Source: Eledone cirrhosa
Lineage: Eukaryota
Length of the DNA: 64,000 nucleotides
Reading direction: 5' to 3'
NCBI GenBank assembly: GCA_964016885.1
Contig: OZ024743.1
Coordinates: forward strand, 356,624,001-356,688,000
The notes under the pieces: model-generated
What the model saw: only the letters and a program-made list of their open reading frames with translations
Told to the model about the DNA's origin: nothing
The model's database searches: none
Program-made: the position numbers and the translations under genes
Part shown: positions 60,476 to 64,000 of the stretch, in pieces
Layout of the letters: every line of letters begins with the position of its first letter
Numbering within the stretch: position 1 is the first letter of the stretch

Positions 60476-63400
60476 ATCAAGAATCTTGCAATATATATAT
60501 ACACTCAGAAACACACGTGTGAGTGTTTATACTACTGGTTGACGAACATTTTATCAGAAATAGGTCGTTATTTTCAATGTATCCAGGATTTTGGGGGCGT
60601 ACCATCTGCTAGTAACTCTCGCTGTATCTACGTATATATAGATGTGTGTGTGTGTGTGTGTGTGTGTAAAGAGAGAGAAATCTCTTCACACACTAACCCC
60701 GGATGGCACCTACAGTGAGAACTGCCACTCACAACCCAACACGCAAATATACCTTTACATATATACACGCACACATACATTTATAAGTAGGCAGGTGGTT
60801 TAAATCACGTCGGTGGTTTTGCTGCTCTTTTTTCGATCATTAACTAGTGTTTTATTAGTTAATTATCTAATTAATACTATTCCTATTTTGAATATTAAAA
60901 TCTCTTCAGTATCAACTTCCAAATGATTGTTTCTTTTCTATATTGAACGGGACCTTAGCATGAATTTGTACATGAAAAATAAGTTTGTATCATAAAAGAA
61001 AGCGATGACTGGTTTGATTGTCTTCAAAAGTTTAACATGCTTTAGCCCATTGTTCTTTTTTATTTGTTGCTGATGGGCCCTCTCCTTCCCAAACACTACT
61101 TGCAACCCTTTTACATACATGAAAATGTTGGTCATAGCATTGTCCTATTAAAGTGAAATTTCCATACAGGACTATCGTCAACCGAAACGTAAACTCAAAC
61201 GACTGAGAAAAACATTAGTTTCTGTATATAAGCTGCTGCAAGTGAAATTCATATGTAGTAAAATAGAAAAAGGGAAACTGTTAAATGTAGTGAAAATCGT
61301 ATTTACATTTCGTTTTTTTCCGTTTTGCTAACAGCCTATGTACACAGAGCGAACAGTCAACATTCTTGGGGCAGCGCATATATCCCAAATAAGTACATTT
61401 CATTACGAAAAAAAGGAGACGTTTCTCTATCAAATCACTCCCTACTGTTTTATTTATTTTTTAAACGCAAGAAAATTTTAGATAATGTAACATCTGATGA
61501 AATGGTCTTAACTGGAACGTCATAGCACATCAGGACTTACATGGGCTAAATATAAACAACTCTCTCTCTAATACACAAGCACTGATACGCACACATATTG
61601 AAGGGATTTAAGGAACAATTCATCATATCATCTGACCAGTTTAAAATTCAATGGAAAACCATCCGAAGATTCTCTAATTCTCTAATGAAATGAAACTGGT
61701 CAATAGTGAAAAATTGCACCTTCATTTCCCTCAATAATATACATATGTGTGTATCTGTGTGTATGCATTGAACAACACATTAATATTTACAGTTTTTCAA
61801 ACATACACACCGCACGCTGGTTTTTTTGGTTTTTTTGCATTGATAAACAAGGCCATAGATTAGTTAGAAAGTCGATAGAAATTAGCGCAGTGCATATCTG
61901 ATATATTTGCCAGCAAACCGATTTTTTTTTTTTTATTGTGTACATGTCTTTGTAGACATATGCCAGTTTTTATATTGCAAAACTAGGTAAACTTAATACT
62001 TATAATCAGGGCCGTTCAATGACAGCACTAACAACAGCAACATCAATAAAGCAATATTACCTACTACCCTCGCTCCAACTATTATATAATCTACCTATTG
62101 TTGAATATACACGGATAGATTAATACTGAACATAATATACCAGAAAAAAGGTCAGGGTGTTCACGACTAGAATGTCGTGCGATTGATGTATACTAGACAT
62201 ACAAAACTTATTTCCTCACAACTCACAACATATACGAACGCCATCAGAGAACGAAAGTAGTTATGAATCTGTACAACGTGGGCTCTAAACACCCCTAAAG
62301 GTAAGTGTCTTACACAGTCTTCAAAATCTCACACAAACATCCCTAATGAACAACATTTACAAATAATCTTGAAAAAAACAACCCCAAAAACGTAAGTTTG
62401 CTGAGAAAACAATAACAAGAACGAAAAAAAGGTTGCGTTATCTCCCTTCTTAACACCACTGCTCGGCACAGAATAATAGATAAGCACTTCACACACAAAA
62501 ATAAATTTTATTTTAAAAAATCTAAAAATTCTACAATCCAACACTAACGGCATTAAAATCACGTTTATGAAACTAAAAGATCACTTTCAACATCTATGTA
62601 AAAAATAATTCTAGAAACATTCTTACTCCCAGAATACAGAACACCCACCATTCCAAATTATACATAAATCAGATTAGACATCCTCTTTTAGAAGACGAGG
62701 TTATTTTATAAAAAAACAACTTACATTGAATTTATAGATATTACAAGACATTCATAAACAGTGAGCGATCTCGCGCAAGAACTGCATGCTTTAAAAGAAG
62801 TTATATATATATATAACTGACCTCACCAACTGTTTCAGAAGGTTGCACACCCTATCAATAACATTCTAACAACGCCCTCAAGTATCAGCAACAAGAGAAA
62901 CTTTAATGCATTTAACACTATCTGATTTCCAACTGGTAGAGATGACAAAAGAGGTTAACACAACATCACGACAAAACTCTTTTTGTATCCTAACCAAGTA
63001 CGACAACTCTTCCCCTAGATACTACCTTCTGCTCCACAAACCTAGCTGTCACAACCACTTAACAAACATTTCTTCAACTTACCGTTGACCACCTACCAAT
63101 TACCATCACAACATATTCATCTAACAATGAAGAAATCCAAACACTTTTAGAAGCTTCGCTCTTTTCACGCCAAACCGCATGATGTCTTCATTACTCTATG
63201 ATACACAACTGCCTGTTCATACTCATATTAAAACATTACATCATCATTTTATTTAAGAAATATGCCTAATATCATCTTGCCAACGAAAGCATTATATATT
63301 TTATTAAATTCTTCCATTTTTTTCATTATTTTCAAAATTAATTGAAAGATCTGAACTATGTATTTCATTGATAACAAAAAGGTTTCAGATAATCAAACAT

Positions 63401-64000
63401 AATGGAACGATTTCCATCAAGAAACAGAATCTGGGTTTGCAATATTTAACAGCACCACAATCACCCAATTAGACTGCAATAAAATAATTATAAATGCATC
63501 TATAAATCTTATCTCACAAGACAACATAAACAATAGCATCCTAGTTACACACCAGAAACTGTCAACCTTATAAAAACCAGAGACAACCTCAGATTCCAAA
63601 ATCAAACGCCTCATGGAACAAAGAAATAAGAAAAATAAATCATAGAATAACAGAACTTGGTAAACATTTACACCTTACATAAACCACAAAACTAACTGTA
63701 AAACGAAATTCACAGGGCATAAAAAAAATCCGTTGTAATGAAAAATTCTTTATAACGAGATTGACCTAACACATCGAGCGTGTGACCGGGGATTGAAAAA
63801 ATTTCGTTATAACGGAATTTTACCTGTACAGAGTAATTAGCAGCACCAACATTAACGATAGTCATACCTCACCTATGTCATAATATCAAATATACTCACA
63901 CTACCACATCCAGCACACAATTTTATCTTGACATTTATCGAAAATCGGCCACAAAACAAAACTACATTGACAGGGACACAAAACTTAAAATACACACCTT

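Noticed and set aside
61488-61526. Hammerhead-like CTGATGA..GGAACGTC
   Set aside because: GAAA core is broken and stem I does not pair convincingly
60800-64000. Possible second exon of the teashirt-like gene
   Set aside because: No long plus-strand ORF or zinc-finger motifs; appears intronic

Overview
Eukaryotic, very AT-rich animal DNA dominated by repeats. The repeat make-up (huge TA/TACA microsatellites, RTE LINEs, tRNA-derived SINEs) suggests an octopus or other coleoid cephalopod, which is an inference. There is a 200-N assembly gap at 22071-22270. The only host coding sequence I can support is a 40-nt first coding exon (MPRRKQNCPKRLK, then GTAAGT) at 39759-39798, behind a CpG-rich promoter. 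It matches the teashirt/tiptop (TSHZ) exon-1 architecture, so the rest of the window would be intron 1. The remainder is retroelements: three RTE families carrying a C4HC3 PHD-like finger inside the RT region, a Tx1/L1-clade element found twice in (TATC)n, an R4/Dong-like RLE element, a Penelope GIY-YIG remnant, four copies of a short zinc-finger-ending retroposon, two SINE families and several MITEs. The most notable non-coding signal is about 10 minimal type-I hammerhead ribozyme motifs, most with self-complementary stem III, several inside fold-back palindromic elements that carry a ribozyme on each strand. The long YI/MY-rich ORFs are microsatellite artefacts.
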